Source of the DNA: Eledone cirrhosa
Lineage: Eukaryota
Assembly: GCA_964016885.1 (NCBI GenBank)
Contig: OZ024740.1
Span: 211,978,001-212,042,000, forward strand
DNA: 64,000 bases
Reading direction: 5' to 3'
Shown here: positions 24,800-37,400 of the stretch, one piece after another
Position numbering within the stretch: the stretch's first letter is position 1
How the letters are laid out: every line of letters begins with the position of its first letter
The notes under the pieces: model-generated
Database searches by the model: none
What the model saw: only the letters and a program-made list of their open reading frames with translations
Told to the model about the DNA's origin: nothing
Program-made: the position numbers and the translations under genes

Positions 24800-25840
24800 T
24801 GGTAAAAGCAAGCTGGTATATAACCTGTAGCTCCAAAAATGATGGGTATGAAGCTGAAGATGTATCTTGGATACTGGATCTACAAACTTTTCATCAATGG
24901 TCCCTTGATGTCCTCCTTCTCCTGTATTTTTCTTACAACGTTGACATCAAGTGGGCAGTTGATCTCTACAACAGATCACGTTTTCAATGTGTGGTCCCAA
25001 ACAACAATATCAGGCCGGTTGTGCTTTAATTTGGTGACAGTTTTTATTTTCAGGTTACACCAGTATTCCTTAGTGCCATCTATCTCAACATATTCCTCCT
25101 TATTTGTTTCTAATTTTGTTTTCCTTAGTGCGTTTTAGATGGTTCTAGCTATCACATCACATCTCACAGGGAGGTATTAACGAGACGACATTCTTTCACA
25201 GTTGGCAACAATATAGTTAACACTTTCGGTCTTTGTTTTACATAGCCTTCATTTTTTGTCGACTGATGGCCCTCCACTTTTGTATAGTAGATATTTAGTA
25301 GGGATTTCTTGTTCCTTTATTGCATAGAGATATCCTTCAAGGGGGGATGTTATAATCTTGTCGGAACTCCATGCCAGGCATTTTGAATGATTTATAGTCT
25401 GTGCTTTTCGTCTGAGGTACCAATGCTCAACTTTCTCTGTTAAGTGATCCATATTAAAATAGGATCTACCAATGTTCCTGGGTGAGAGATTTATATCAGG
25501 CCTTATTCCATGTCTCTCCTCCAGATCAATGGCTATCCTAATGATATTATTACCTTGGTGGATTGGCAGTATCAGTAGAGCGTCAGAGTTGCAGCATAGA
25601 ATTATGTCCCTTTACGCCCTGAGTTCAAATCCCGCCGAGGTTTGCTTTGCCTTTCATCCTTACGGGGTCGATAAAATAAAGCACCAGTAATGTACTGGGA
25701 TAATTTCTGGCCTTGTGCCAAAAGTAGAAACAATTATTACCTTCATGCGCATAAACCTGTGCAAGATGGTTGCTGACCTTTTTCTTCTGTTGAAGATGTT
25801 GCTTCAGTGTTACTATCCGGGTCTCGTATGATGTTAATAT
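24800..25840 (-). mobile_element. R4/Dong-like LINE fragment interrupted by a SINE
   Basis: LEGYLYAIKEQEIPTKYL, a CRLC...VNYIVANC-like zinc motif, RCDVIAR and HNRPDIVVWD are readable on the minus strand. Confidence 0.72.
25557..25732 (+). mobile_element. 5'-clipped tRNA-derived SINE with an 11-bp target-site duplication
   Basis: ATTATTACCTT at 25546-25556 and 25733-25743 flanks the SINE. Confidence 0.9.
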
Positions 25841-25861
25841 GATGTTAATACATATGATTGT

Positions 25862-25970
25862 TCTTCTGGTTTTATAATTTCACAAATTTTTCCCAATAGA
25901 GAGAGAGTCGGTTTCTAACATAGACACAAGACTCTCTCAATGGAATTTACACATCAACTGGGTAGATATG
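25862..25970 (+). repeat. Dispersed ~110-bp repeat with (TATG)n tail; second copy at 27271-27380
   Basis: TTCTGG-TTTATAATTTCAC...GAGAGTCGGTTTCTAACATAG...GGAATTTACACATCAACT is present at both sites. Confidence 0.8.
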
Positions 25971-26139
25971 TATGTATGCATGCATGTGTAGATATGGATG
26001 TCATTGTATGTGTGGATGTGTATGTTTTGAGTTGTATGTGTGCATGTGTATATGCTTTGTATATGTACATGCAGTTATTAGATGCAAAATATTTGGAATG
26101 TTTTACATATTTTTACTGTTCCATTAATGGATTGTACTT

Positions 26140-27240
26140 GTAATTTCCTAACTAGTTGTGTTCTTTCTGTTCCTGTGAAGCCTAGCTTCTCAAGATTTGT
26201 ATTGAGGCAGTTACTAACATACCCCCAGTGCCCCAATAATCACAGGCATAAATCTGAAGGTGTAATCAGGGTGGAGTATCTACAGATTTCTCATCAGTTC
26301 CGCATAAATATTCTCCTTTTCGCTAATCTTTGATATTATATTGGCATCTGCTGGGCAGCTAATTTCCACTACTGTGCATCCTTTCTTTTCCCTGTCCCAT
26401 ATCATAATATATGGTCTGTTATGCCTGAATTTTATTTGGGTTTTTACTGGAACATTCCACCAGTACTCTTTCATATTATGTATATGGATGTCTTCCACAT
26501 TGCTGTAGCTTTTGATGTGTATATTATCGGGGCTATCTTTTCTACGGATTGCATTGTACAGTGTTTTGGCCACTACATCATGTCTCATAGGTAGATAGTA
26601 CCGCGATGACATCTTTGAACAGCTGCTGATGACATGGGTGACATCTTCGATGTTAATTCTGTAGAGTCTGCACTTGTTATCACATCAAGGTGTTTTGCCT
26701 GCATCCCTATCTCTTTTGTGAATCAGGTATTTCATGCTAATCTCCAGTTCCTGGATTGCAAAAGCGTATCCTTCAAAGTGGGAGCCAATATAGCGGTTGT
26801 TGGTCCAAGATAGACTACTTTCCTTATCTATACTACTCTCACTCTGGAGCTTCCTGGCAACATATCCATGCATGATTTTTTGCTGATAGGCATGCAGTTT
26901 TTCATCCATGGATTCACTGCGATATTGCTGAGCGATTTCCCTGGGTGTGAGTTTTTGATTATCACACAGGGAATATCTCTCGAGGAGTTCCTTCCCAACT
27001 CTCATTATCTTATCTGTTTCATACAAATAGACTTGCTCGAGAGACGGGCTCCTACGCTTCGAGGTTCGTAGATGTCGGAAGGATATAATACGACATTCAA
27101 ATGCTGTCTGGACTAATGTTAGGCCTCTGCCTCCCTGCTTACGTTTCAAGTAAAGGTGGTCTATGTCACTGTTGGTGTGGAAGTTTCCGGTGTTGTTTAG
27201 TATTTTTCGAGTTCTAACATCAACTGCTCGGATTTCGTCT
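26140..27240 (-). mobile_element. R4/Dong-like LINE 3' fragment (post-RT region, CCHC, RLE)
   Basis: KRKQGGRGL, FEGYAFAIQELEI, HVISSC, RHDVVAK and HNRPYIMIWDREKKGCTVVEISCPAD. Confidence 0.85.
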
Positions 27241-27489
27241 ATGTATGTATGTATGCATGTATGTATGTATGTTCTGGCTTTATAATTTCACCAATTTTTG
27301 CCAATAGAGAAAGAGAGTCGGTTTCTAACATAGTTACAAGACTCTCTCATTGGAATTTACACATCAACTAGGTAGATATGTATGTATGTCTGCATGCATG
27401 CAGACATACATACATGTACATACATACATAATACAAAGAAGGCATGCACTACTGTGCATGCCTTCTTTGTATTATGTATGTACAACCTG

Positions 27490-28090
27490 TACAACCTGTC
27501 ACATGGTCGGGTCGTCGGCGAATAAACCGGCAACCCCCATCAAGTCTACTTGGTGAGGAGGGTGGTTTTGGACACCCTGCAGGACAAAAACCAAAACCTG
27601 ACAAAGGGCGGAAGAACCCATAAGAGTCAACGGCCATCCCAAAATGTGTAAATATGTATATACATGTATGCATGTATATATATATGTGTATATATATACA
27701 TGTATATACATGTATGCATGTGTATGTATGTGCAGGGGGACATAGAAATAATCGGTCTGGATACCCGATCGCGCAGTTAAACCACTGGGAGTGAAGGACC
27801 CCTAGCCTTTGTCAGGGCATTCTTCTAAGAGAAGGAAACTCAGGAAACTGGGATATCTCCGATATAAAACCTGCGACTCAGTAGTTATCGATGATGTTGA
27901 TATTTTTTTTTTCTGGTTATAGCTACTGTCGCTCAGAGAGTGGGATTGGCTCAGTGCACAGTCTTTCCTCACTTTAAAAAAATATTCACGCACAAGCATT
28001 GCACGATAGCATTAATTGATAATTATTTATAATGTTATGTCGTGCAATGGCCATACTCGATAACGAGGGGGGCAGCCATCATGTTTGTAT
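27490..28090 (+). mobile_element. Non-autonomous RTE-related element copy 1 (others at 29614-30185 and 30234-30640)
   Basis: Shared head ACAACCTGT..CATGGTCGGGTCGT.GG..A.TAAAC...GAGGGTG; copies 1 and 2 end in TACTCGA(T/A)AACGAG followed by ATGT-type repeats, like the adjacent RTE. Confidence 0.65.
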
Positions 28091-28114
28091 GTATGTGTGT
28101 ATGTATGTTGAAGA

Positions 28115-29400
28115 GAGTGGTGGCCCACATGATTGGAAAATATACTAATGTCGGTTTTCTATAAAGGCAAAGGTGGAAAGGACGACTGTAGCAATTGCCG
28201 TGGGATATCCATTCTATCTGTTGTAGGCAAGGTTTAATGTAGGATCATACTAGACAGACTCCTTGACAACATCGCTGATGAAAGCCTTCCTGAATCTCAG
28301 TGTGGCCTTAGAAATGGTAGGGGACATGATTTTTATGGTGAGACAGCTGCAGGAGAAATGTATTCAGTAGAAGCTGGACATGTATCAGGTATGTATCGAT
28401 ATGATAAAGGCTTTTGATACAGTGAATAGAGTTTCCCCGTGAAAAATTCTCAGGAAGATCGGGTGTCCTGATAAATTTGTATCTGTGTTGAGAGGTTTCC
28501 ATGATGGAATGAAGGCAAGTTTTGATGTGGGTTGTAAGCTCTCTGTTCTCATTATGGTTGAAAAGGGTGTTAAGCAAAGGGATATTGTACTTTGGTATGG
28601 TTTTCTTTATGGTTTTGAAGCTTGCCCACATGGGGTCTACATTAAATATCGAACAACAGTTAAAATGTTCAATGTCAGAAGGTTTGCTGCTAGAACAAAG
28701 ATATTTATATCGCTGACATCTCATGGATTCTTTTTCGAAAGCATTCAATGCTTTGGGCCTAACAATCAGTCTGAAAAAAACTGTGGTGTTGTACCAACTG
28801 CATCCCAGCAAAGCTTACTCTACACCAAATATATAAGTCTATGACCATAAATTGAAAGCCGTGGATAAGTTTGTATATCTAGACAGCACTGAATATGACC
28901 AATACTCTGGATTAAGAAATTTCTCTCCGAATCAAGAAGGCAAGTGATTCCTTTTGAAAACTGGATGGACGTCTATGGTCTCAGCATGGTATTTCCATTG
29001 AGACAAAATTAAAAGTGTGCTCGTAAAGGCCTCGAGTCTGTTTTGTCTAAGTATTTTGGCATGCAGGGTGATTTAACCTGTAAAGAATATGGCAGGTTTT
29101 GTCTAAGTAGGATGGGTTTTGGAAGTCATCTGAGAAGCCACGTACATGGGGACACTGTCAACTGTGCATTGTATGACATTTCTGTTTGTGGGGGTGGTAA
29201 AGAGCTTACTTCATTGAAGGTACACCGAAACAGAACTGTAAAACTTACTGAGAGAGGCCCCCATTGTTGCAGTGTCTGTGCAAGAGTGTACAAGTCCCTA
29301 GCAGGACTAAAAAGCCACATCTGTGCTGTTCATGCTTAGGTGTCGAGCGATAGTATTACTCGAAATCGAGTTGTAACCATCATCATGTATGTATGTATGT
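28115..29400 (+). mobile_element. Degenerate RTE/BovB-like LINE (RT fragments, C2H2-like C-terminus, TATG tail)
   Basis: YKGKGGKDDCSNCRGISILSVVGK, ESLPESQCG, VRQLQEKC, IDMIKAFDTVNR and CSVCARVYKSLAGLKSH; the segment near 28330-28503 is duplicated at 29402-29572. Confidence 0.85.
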
Positions 29401-30878
29401 ATTTATGGTGAGACAGCTGCAGGAGAAATGTATTCAGTAGAAGCTGGACATATATCAGGTATGTATCGATATGACAAAGGCTTTTGATACAGTGAATAGA
29501 GTTTCCCCGTGAAAAATTCTCAGGAAGATCGGGTGTCCTGATAAATTTGTCTCTGTGTTGAGAGGTTTCCATGTCAGGTCACCAGTTGGTGCTACTGGTA
29601 ACATGTATCCAAGTACAACCTGTCTCATGGTCGGGTCGTTGGCGACTAAACTGACAACCCACCAAGGTTTCTTGGTGAGGAGGGTGACTTTGGACATCCT
29701 GCAGGACTAAAAACAAAACCTGTCAAAGGGCAAAGGAGCTTTTAAGAATCAATGGCCATCCAAAATCACCGGGAGAGATAACCCCTTAGCCTTTGTCAAG
29801 GCAGAATTCTAGTAGAAGGAAAACTCTGATATAACACCTGCAACCCTGATGGTATCCAATGATGTTGACTTGTTCTTCTTTTTGGTAAATATCATCTTGG
29901 TTAAGAGAGTGGGACTGGCTTTGTACAGTGCCTTTGCTAACTATAAAAGCTTCACGGCACAGGCATTGCTTTATATCTGGAGATCTCTCTGCACTTGTCG
30001 TCACATGGTACCATGGGCCCAGCACTATGTGTCAATAACTGTCACAAGTGTAGTGTTTGTACCAGAGTTTTCAGTCGCTGGCTGGACTAAAAAGTCACAC
30101 TCGTTCAGCGCATCGGTAGGGTTTCTCCTACATGGATATAAAGTAGTGGCCGTACTCGAAAACGAGTTGGCAACCGCCATGTATTTATGTATGTATGCAT
30201 GTATGCATGTATGTATGTTTGTTTGTAACCCAGTACAACCTGTGTCATGGTCGGGTCGTCGGTGACTAAACCGGCAAGCCGGAACAAGCTTGCTTGGTAA
30301 GGAGGGTGATATTTGGACACCCCGCGGGATGAAATACAAGACCCAGCAAAGGGCGGAGGAACTCAGCAGAGTCAACGGCCATCCAAATAGCACAATTTTC
30401 TTTTCACCTGGGAATGAAAGACCCCCAGTTGTTGTCATAGCACCTTTCTAGGAGAAGAAAACTGAAAAAACCTGCGGCTTCGGAAGCATCCGATGATGTT
30501 GACCAGTTCTCCTTTTCGGGTAGTGTTTTCGATGCTCAGAGAGTGGGATTGGTCGAGTGCAAGGCCTTTCCCCACTTAAAAAACCTTCAAAGTACAGGCA
30601 TTGCTTGTTCAAGATATGATACAGGTTCGTGTGGTTGGCCGTAGCCTAAAGGTGCACCATTTTCTGTAAACTGACAAGCGATTGCAATACTCTTAGCAAA
30701 GTTTACACCATCATTTAGGTTTGTATGTATGTATGAATAAATGTATGTATGTGTGTGTATGTATGTATCTATGTGCATATGTATGTACATATATATATAT
30801 GTGCGTATGTATGTATATATGTATGTATATGTGTGTGTATCCTCAAGATCTCATGGAGGTCTCATATTCTAGACACTG

Positions 30879-33800
30879 ATGTGCTAACACGGCACCACAA
30901 CACATGCCACGCCCATGTGGGCTAACACGGCACCACAACACATGCCACGCCCATGTGGGCTAACACGGCACCACAACACATGCCACTAACACGGCACCAC
31001 AACACATTCCACGCCCATGTGGGCTAACACGGCACTACAACACATGCCACGCCCATGCGGGCTAACACGGCACCACAACACATGCCCGCCCATGTGGGCT
31101 AACACGGCACCACAAAACATGCCACGCCCATCTGGGCTAACACGGCACCACAACACATGCCACGCCCATGTGGGCTAACACGGCACCACAAAACATGGCA
31201 CGCCCATGTGGGCTAACACGGCACCACAACACATGCCACGCCCGTGTGGGCTAACACGGCACCACAAAACATGGCACGCCCATGTGGGCTAACACGACAC
31301 CACAAAACATGGCACGCCCATGTGCGCTAACACGGCACCACAAAATATGCCACGCCCATGTGGGCTAACACGGCACCACAAAACATGGCACCCCCATGTG
31401 GGCTAACACGGCACCACAACACATGCTACGCCCATGAGGGCTAACACGGCACCACAAAACATGCCACGCCCATTTGGGCTAACACGGCACCACAAAACAT
31501 GGCACGCCCATGTGCGCTAACACGGCACCACAAAACATGCCACGCCCATCTGGGCTAACACGGCACCACAACACATGCCACGCCCATGTGGGCTAACACG
31601 GCACCACAACACATGCCACGCCCATGTGGGCTAACACGGCACTACAAAACATGCCACGCCCATGTGGGCTAACACGGCACCACAACACATGCCACGCCCA
31701 TGTGGGCTAACACGGCACCACAACACATGCCACGCCCATGTGGGCTAACACGCCACTACAAAACATGCCACGCCCATGTGGGCTAACACGGCACCACAAC
31801 ACATGCCACGCCCATGTGGGCTAACACGGCACCACAACACATGGCACAACCATGTGCGCTAACACGGCACCACAACACATTCCACGCCCATGTGGGCTAA
31901 CACGGCACCACAAAACATGGCACGCCCATGTGGGCTAACACGGCACCACAACACATGCTACGCCCATGTGGGCTAACACGGCACCACAAAACATGCCACG
32001 CCCATGTGGGCTAACACGGCACCACAAAACATACCACGCCCATCTGGGCTAACACGGCACCACAACACATGCCACGCCCATGTGGGCTAACACGGCACCA
32101 CAAAACATGGCACGCCCATGTGGGCAAACACGGCACCACAAAACATGGCACGCCCATGTGGGCTAACACGACACGACAACACATGCCACGCCCATGTGGG
32201 CTAACACGGCACCACAAAACATGGCACGCCCATGTGGGCTAACGCGACACCACAAAACATGGCACGCCCATGTGCGCTAACACGGCACCACAAAACATGC
32301 CACGCCCATGTGGGCTAACACGGCACTACAAAACATGGCACGCCCATGTGGGCTAACACGGCACCACAACACATGCTACGCCCATCTGGGTTAACACGAC
32401 ACCACAACACATGCCACGCCCATGTGGGCTAACACGGCACCACAAAACATCGCACGCCCATGTGGGCTAACACGACACCACAAAACATGGCACGCCCATG
32501 TGCGCTAACACGGCACCACAACACATTCCACGCCCATGTGGGCTAACACGGCACCACAAAACATGGCACGCCCATGTGGGTTAACACGGCACCACAAAAC
32601 ATGGCACGCCCATGTGGGCTAACACGGCACGACAACACATGCCACGCCCATGTGGGCTAACACGGCACCACAAAACATGGCACGCCCATGTGTGCTAACA
32701 CGACACCACAAAACATGGCACGCCCATGTGCGCTAACACGGCACCACAAAACATGGCACGCCTATGTGGGCTAACAAGGCACTACAAAACATGGCACGCC
32801 TATGTGGGCTAACACGGCACCACAACACATGCTACGCCCATGTGGCTAACACGGCACCACAAAACATGCCACGCCCATGTGGGCTAACACGGCACCACAA
32901 CACATGCCACGCCCATGTGGGCTAACACGGCACTACAAAACATGGCACGCCCATGTGGGCTAACACGGCACCACAACACATGCTACGCCCATGTGGGCTA
33001 ACACGGCACCACAAAACATGCCACGCCCATGTGGGCTAACACGGCACCACAAAACATGCCAAGCCCATGTGGGCTAACACGGCACCACAACACATGCCAC
33101 GCCCAAGTGGGCTAACACGGCACTACAACACATGCCACGCCCATGTGGGCTAACACGGCACAACAACACATGCCACGCCCATGTGGGCTAACACTGCACC
33201 ACAACATATGCCACGCCCATGTGGTCTAACACGGCACCACAACACATGCCACGCCCATGTGGGCTAACACGGCACCACAACACATGCCACGCCCATGTGT
33301 GCTAACACGACACTACAAAACATGCCACGCCCATGTGGGCTAACACAGCACCACAAAACACGACACGCCCATGTGGGCTAACACGGCACCACAACACATC
33401 CACGCCCATGTGGGCTAACACGCACCACAACACATGCCACGCCTATGTGGGCTAACACGGCACCACAAAATATGGCACGCCCATGTGGGCTAACACGGCA
33501 CCACAACACATGCCACGCCCATGTGGGCTAACACGGTACCACAAAACATGGCACGCCCATGTGGGCTAACACGTCACCACAACACATGCCACGCCCATGT
33601 GGGCTAACACGGCACCACAAAACATGGCACGCCCATGTGGGCTAACACGACACCACAAAACATGGCACGCCCATGTGCGCTAACACGGCACCACAAAACA
33701 TGCCACGCCCATGTGGGCTAACACGGCACCACAAAACATGGTACGCCCATGTGGGCTAACACGACACCACAAAACATGGCACGCCCATGTGCGCTAACAC

Positions 33801-34434
33801 GGCACCACAAAACATGCCACGCCCATGTGGGCTAACACGGCACTACAAAACATGGCACGCCCATGTGGGCTAACACGGCACCACAACACATGCTACGCCC
33901 ATGTGGGCTAACACGGCACCACAACACATGCCACGCCCATGTGGGCTAACACGGCACCACAAAACATGGCACGCCCATGTGGGCTAACACGGCACCACAA
34001 CACATGCCACGCCCATGTGGGCTAACACGGCACCACAAAACATGGCACGCCCATGTGGGCTAACACGGCACCACAACACATGTCACGCCCATGTGGGCTA
34101 ACACGGCACCACAACACATGCCACGCCCATGTGGGCTAACACGGCACCACAAAACATGGCACGCCCATGTGGGCTAACACGGCACCACAACACATGGCAC
34201 GCCCATGTGGGCTAACACGGCACCACAACACATGGCACGCCCATGTGGGCTAACACGGCACCACAACACATTCCACGCCCATGTGGGCTAACACGGCACC
34301 ACAACACATGCCACGCCCATGTGGGCTAACACGGCACCACAACACATTCCACGCCCATGTGGGCTAACACGGCACCACAACACATGCCACGCCCATGTGG
34401 GCTAACACGGCACCACAACACATGCCACGCCCAT
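30879..34434 (-). repeat. 38-bp satellite array in inverted orientation, ~93 copies
   Basis: Reverse complement monomer AACACATGCCACGCCCATGTGGGCTAACACGGCACCAC. Confidence 0.99.
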
Positions 34435-37400
34435 CACACAGAAGCAATGTGATTATAAGTTCTATGTTGTAGACAAACATAACAGGAAAAAGCGTTTTTA
34501 GTTTAATTGGAGTATCATAGTATTTTGGTCTTTATTGCAATTTTTATCATGCCTTTCATCCTTACGGGGTCGATAAAATAAAGTACCAGTAATGTACTGG
34601 TTAATTTGCTGGCCTTGTGCCAAAAGTAGAAACAATTATATAGGGCGGTGGATTGGCAGTATCGGTAGAGAGTCGGACGCCATGCTTTGCAGCAAAGTGT
34701 TACGGCCCTTTATGGTCTGAGGTCAAATCCCACCTAGGTTAACTTCGCCTTTCATCCTTACGGGGTCTATAAAATAAAGTACCAGTAATGTACTGGGTAA
34801 TTGCTGGTCTTGTGCCAAAGGTAGAAACAATTATTTTGCTATTTAATGAAAATATGAAGAGGATCATTGAGAACTTGTAAATATGTATAGACAACCCATT
34901 CTTTCAAAATATAATTAGTATTTCATAAAAAGTATTTCATTTTGTTATGCATCATACTGCAAAGACACGTGATTTTATGAATTGACGACCTTTAAATTCA
35001 TTTTGTGGTTGGTTCTCTTAATTGAAAATGAAGGAAGTAAATGTTAAGGACATAAAGAATCATCTGATCCAGGGAATTACAGGGAAGTTAATATGTCTTA
35101 ATAAGATGATGATATATCAATACACTTTTATACAAGTCTTTAATACTGTACACACATATCAATTATGTTGATTTCTTCCCAGCTTCATAACATACAGTAC
35201 CTAATTTAAACCAACCTGATTTATAAAGTTGAAGCTGTGTTTTGGGTTTTTCTTTGTCAACATACATTCCATATATGATTTGCTGATCTGTACTTATAAG
35301 CTTCAAGGACAAAGCTTTCTTAACAAAGTTTAAATACTCTTGAGTAAATTTGTACAAAACATCATATTTGCCAAGGTTACAGCCACCTGCCAACCACACC
35401 ACATTGCTATAAACAATGTAGGTTATATTCTTATTAAAACTACCTACTTGGCTATATGCAACGCTAGAATCATTAAAATCTTTAGGTATTGCAAGTCTCA
35501 TTTCGGAACTATAATGGGGTGATCTGAAATATCCCATATCTAACCACATAAAGTATTTCGTATGAAAATAGTTCTTTCTTATAATTCGGTTAAGTAACTC
35601 AAATTTTGCATGCATAGCACAAGCGTATTCTGGCCAAACTGTATTGGGATGATGTTTTGGGTAACCAGGTTGACTAAATATATCAGAAATATTTTTTTTT
35701 ATCTGAAATGTCCACAATTTTTTCGTATCTATCAGAAATAACTTGGTTTGTTCTTTGGAAAATCTGCTCCTCATCTTTTGAAATGATTTATATGTAGTTT
35801 CATCATCAGTATAAACAATTAAATTATTAGTGATGTTAGCAAATACAGACATCCATTTGTAATACGTGCTGGGACCACGCTTATTTCCAGGACTTCCCTT
35901 TCCAAAGGTTCCTATATTAAAATATGCAGTCAGTATTGTGATTTCTTTGGAAAGGTTTATGGTGTTTTTTGGAAGATCTTTTTCAAAAGGGAGAATGTTT
36001 TTTTTTATTGAAGTGATTGCTATATTCAAGTTATCTATTAATGTCATCATATGATCCTGTAAAATAAATAATATAGAAAATTACATTAAGAGATGATATA
36101 ATGAAAATATAATGCGAAATATTTTAGAGTGTCGTATTTCATACCATAGGAATGACAAAATATATTTAGAAAACAAAGAAATGACTAGCAAAAAAATCAT
36201 GAGATAAAGTAAATCATTTCGCATTAATTAAACAAATAAATTTTTTTAGCAAATATATCTGATCTGTATCAAAATGTATGACCTAATAAATTAAATCCAA
36301 GATTCCCATATATGTCTTAATTTATAAAATAGACAAATTGAATCCCCGTATGTCGTAAAAGCCGACTAAAAGAGTTGGCTTCATGAAGGACATTTTCCTG
36401 TACAACTTTATATCAAAAACTCCCAGCATGGAAAAGTTGACGTAAAAATTATGATAATGATGATAATGATGATGATATATGAAACAATTTACAAAAATAT
36501 TAATGGACATACCAATTACCATAAAATAGTATAAAACATCATAAAGACATACATGTCGTTTGACTATTTTTCTTCAATTCAAGTTTATTTTGATTGGAAA
36601 TCTCTCCGGCTCCCCGGTGGTACGTTTTTAAAGAAGACGAATATCTCGTCGCCTTATATTCAATTATTCATCCTTTAAATTTTAAGAATATTTTACATAT
36701 TTTGAAAGTTCCAAATATCATAGCTTATGAATTAAGGAGCTGATAATTTTCCGCTTTTGTTCAGACGGTACATGGTAGTCATTTCTTGTTCTTGGATTAC
36801 ATAGAGGTTTCCTTCAATGAGCAATGTTAAGAACTTGTCGGAATTCCATGTAAGTTATTTAGTGTGATTTACCACCTCTATGGCCTGCATTTCCCATCTT
36901 AAGTACCCATGTACAACATTTTCAATCTAACTTTTTATTTTCTTCAAGCATTGAGAAAAGATTTCCAATGATCTTGGGAGAGAGATTTGTGACAGCTTTT
37001 ATTTCATGTTTCTTCTCATGTTCAATGGATATTCTAACAATATTGTTATTTTCGTGTTTATAAAACTGGATGAGATAGTTGCTGACTTTTTTCTTCTGTT
37101 GAAGATATTGTTTTAGTGTTAGTATTCAGACCTCATACAATGTTGATATGGATTTTAGATCCTGCCCACATTCCTAGCATGGGAGTTATTGTCTGTCCAC
37201 ATCCCAATTGATGTTGACATTTCCAGTAACAATGAGCTGCTTGCGCATTCGTGTTCATTCCTAGTTAAGTTCTTACAGTGACCAGTTGAGAAGCCCAAAT
37301 GTTTGCATTACGATACCTCTCCTGAGGTATTTATTCTTAGCACTCTCCTTATATAGAGGTCCATCATATCTGACATTCCCATCTTGTCTAAGATACCTGT

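Noticed and set aside
29043-29339. Host C2H2 zinc-finger gene
   Set aside because: It lies at the 3' end of the RTE remnant just before its tail; better explained as element-derived.
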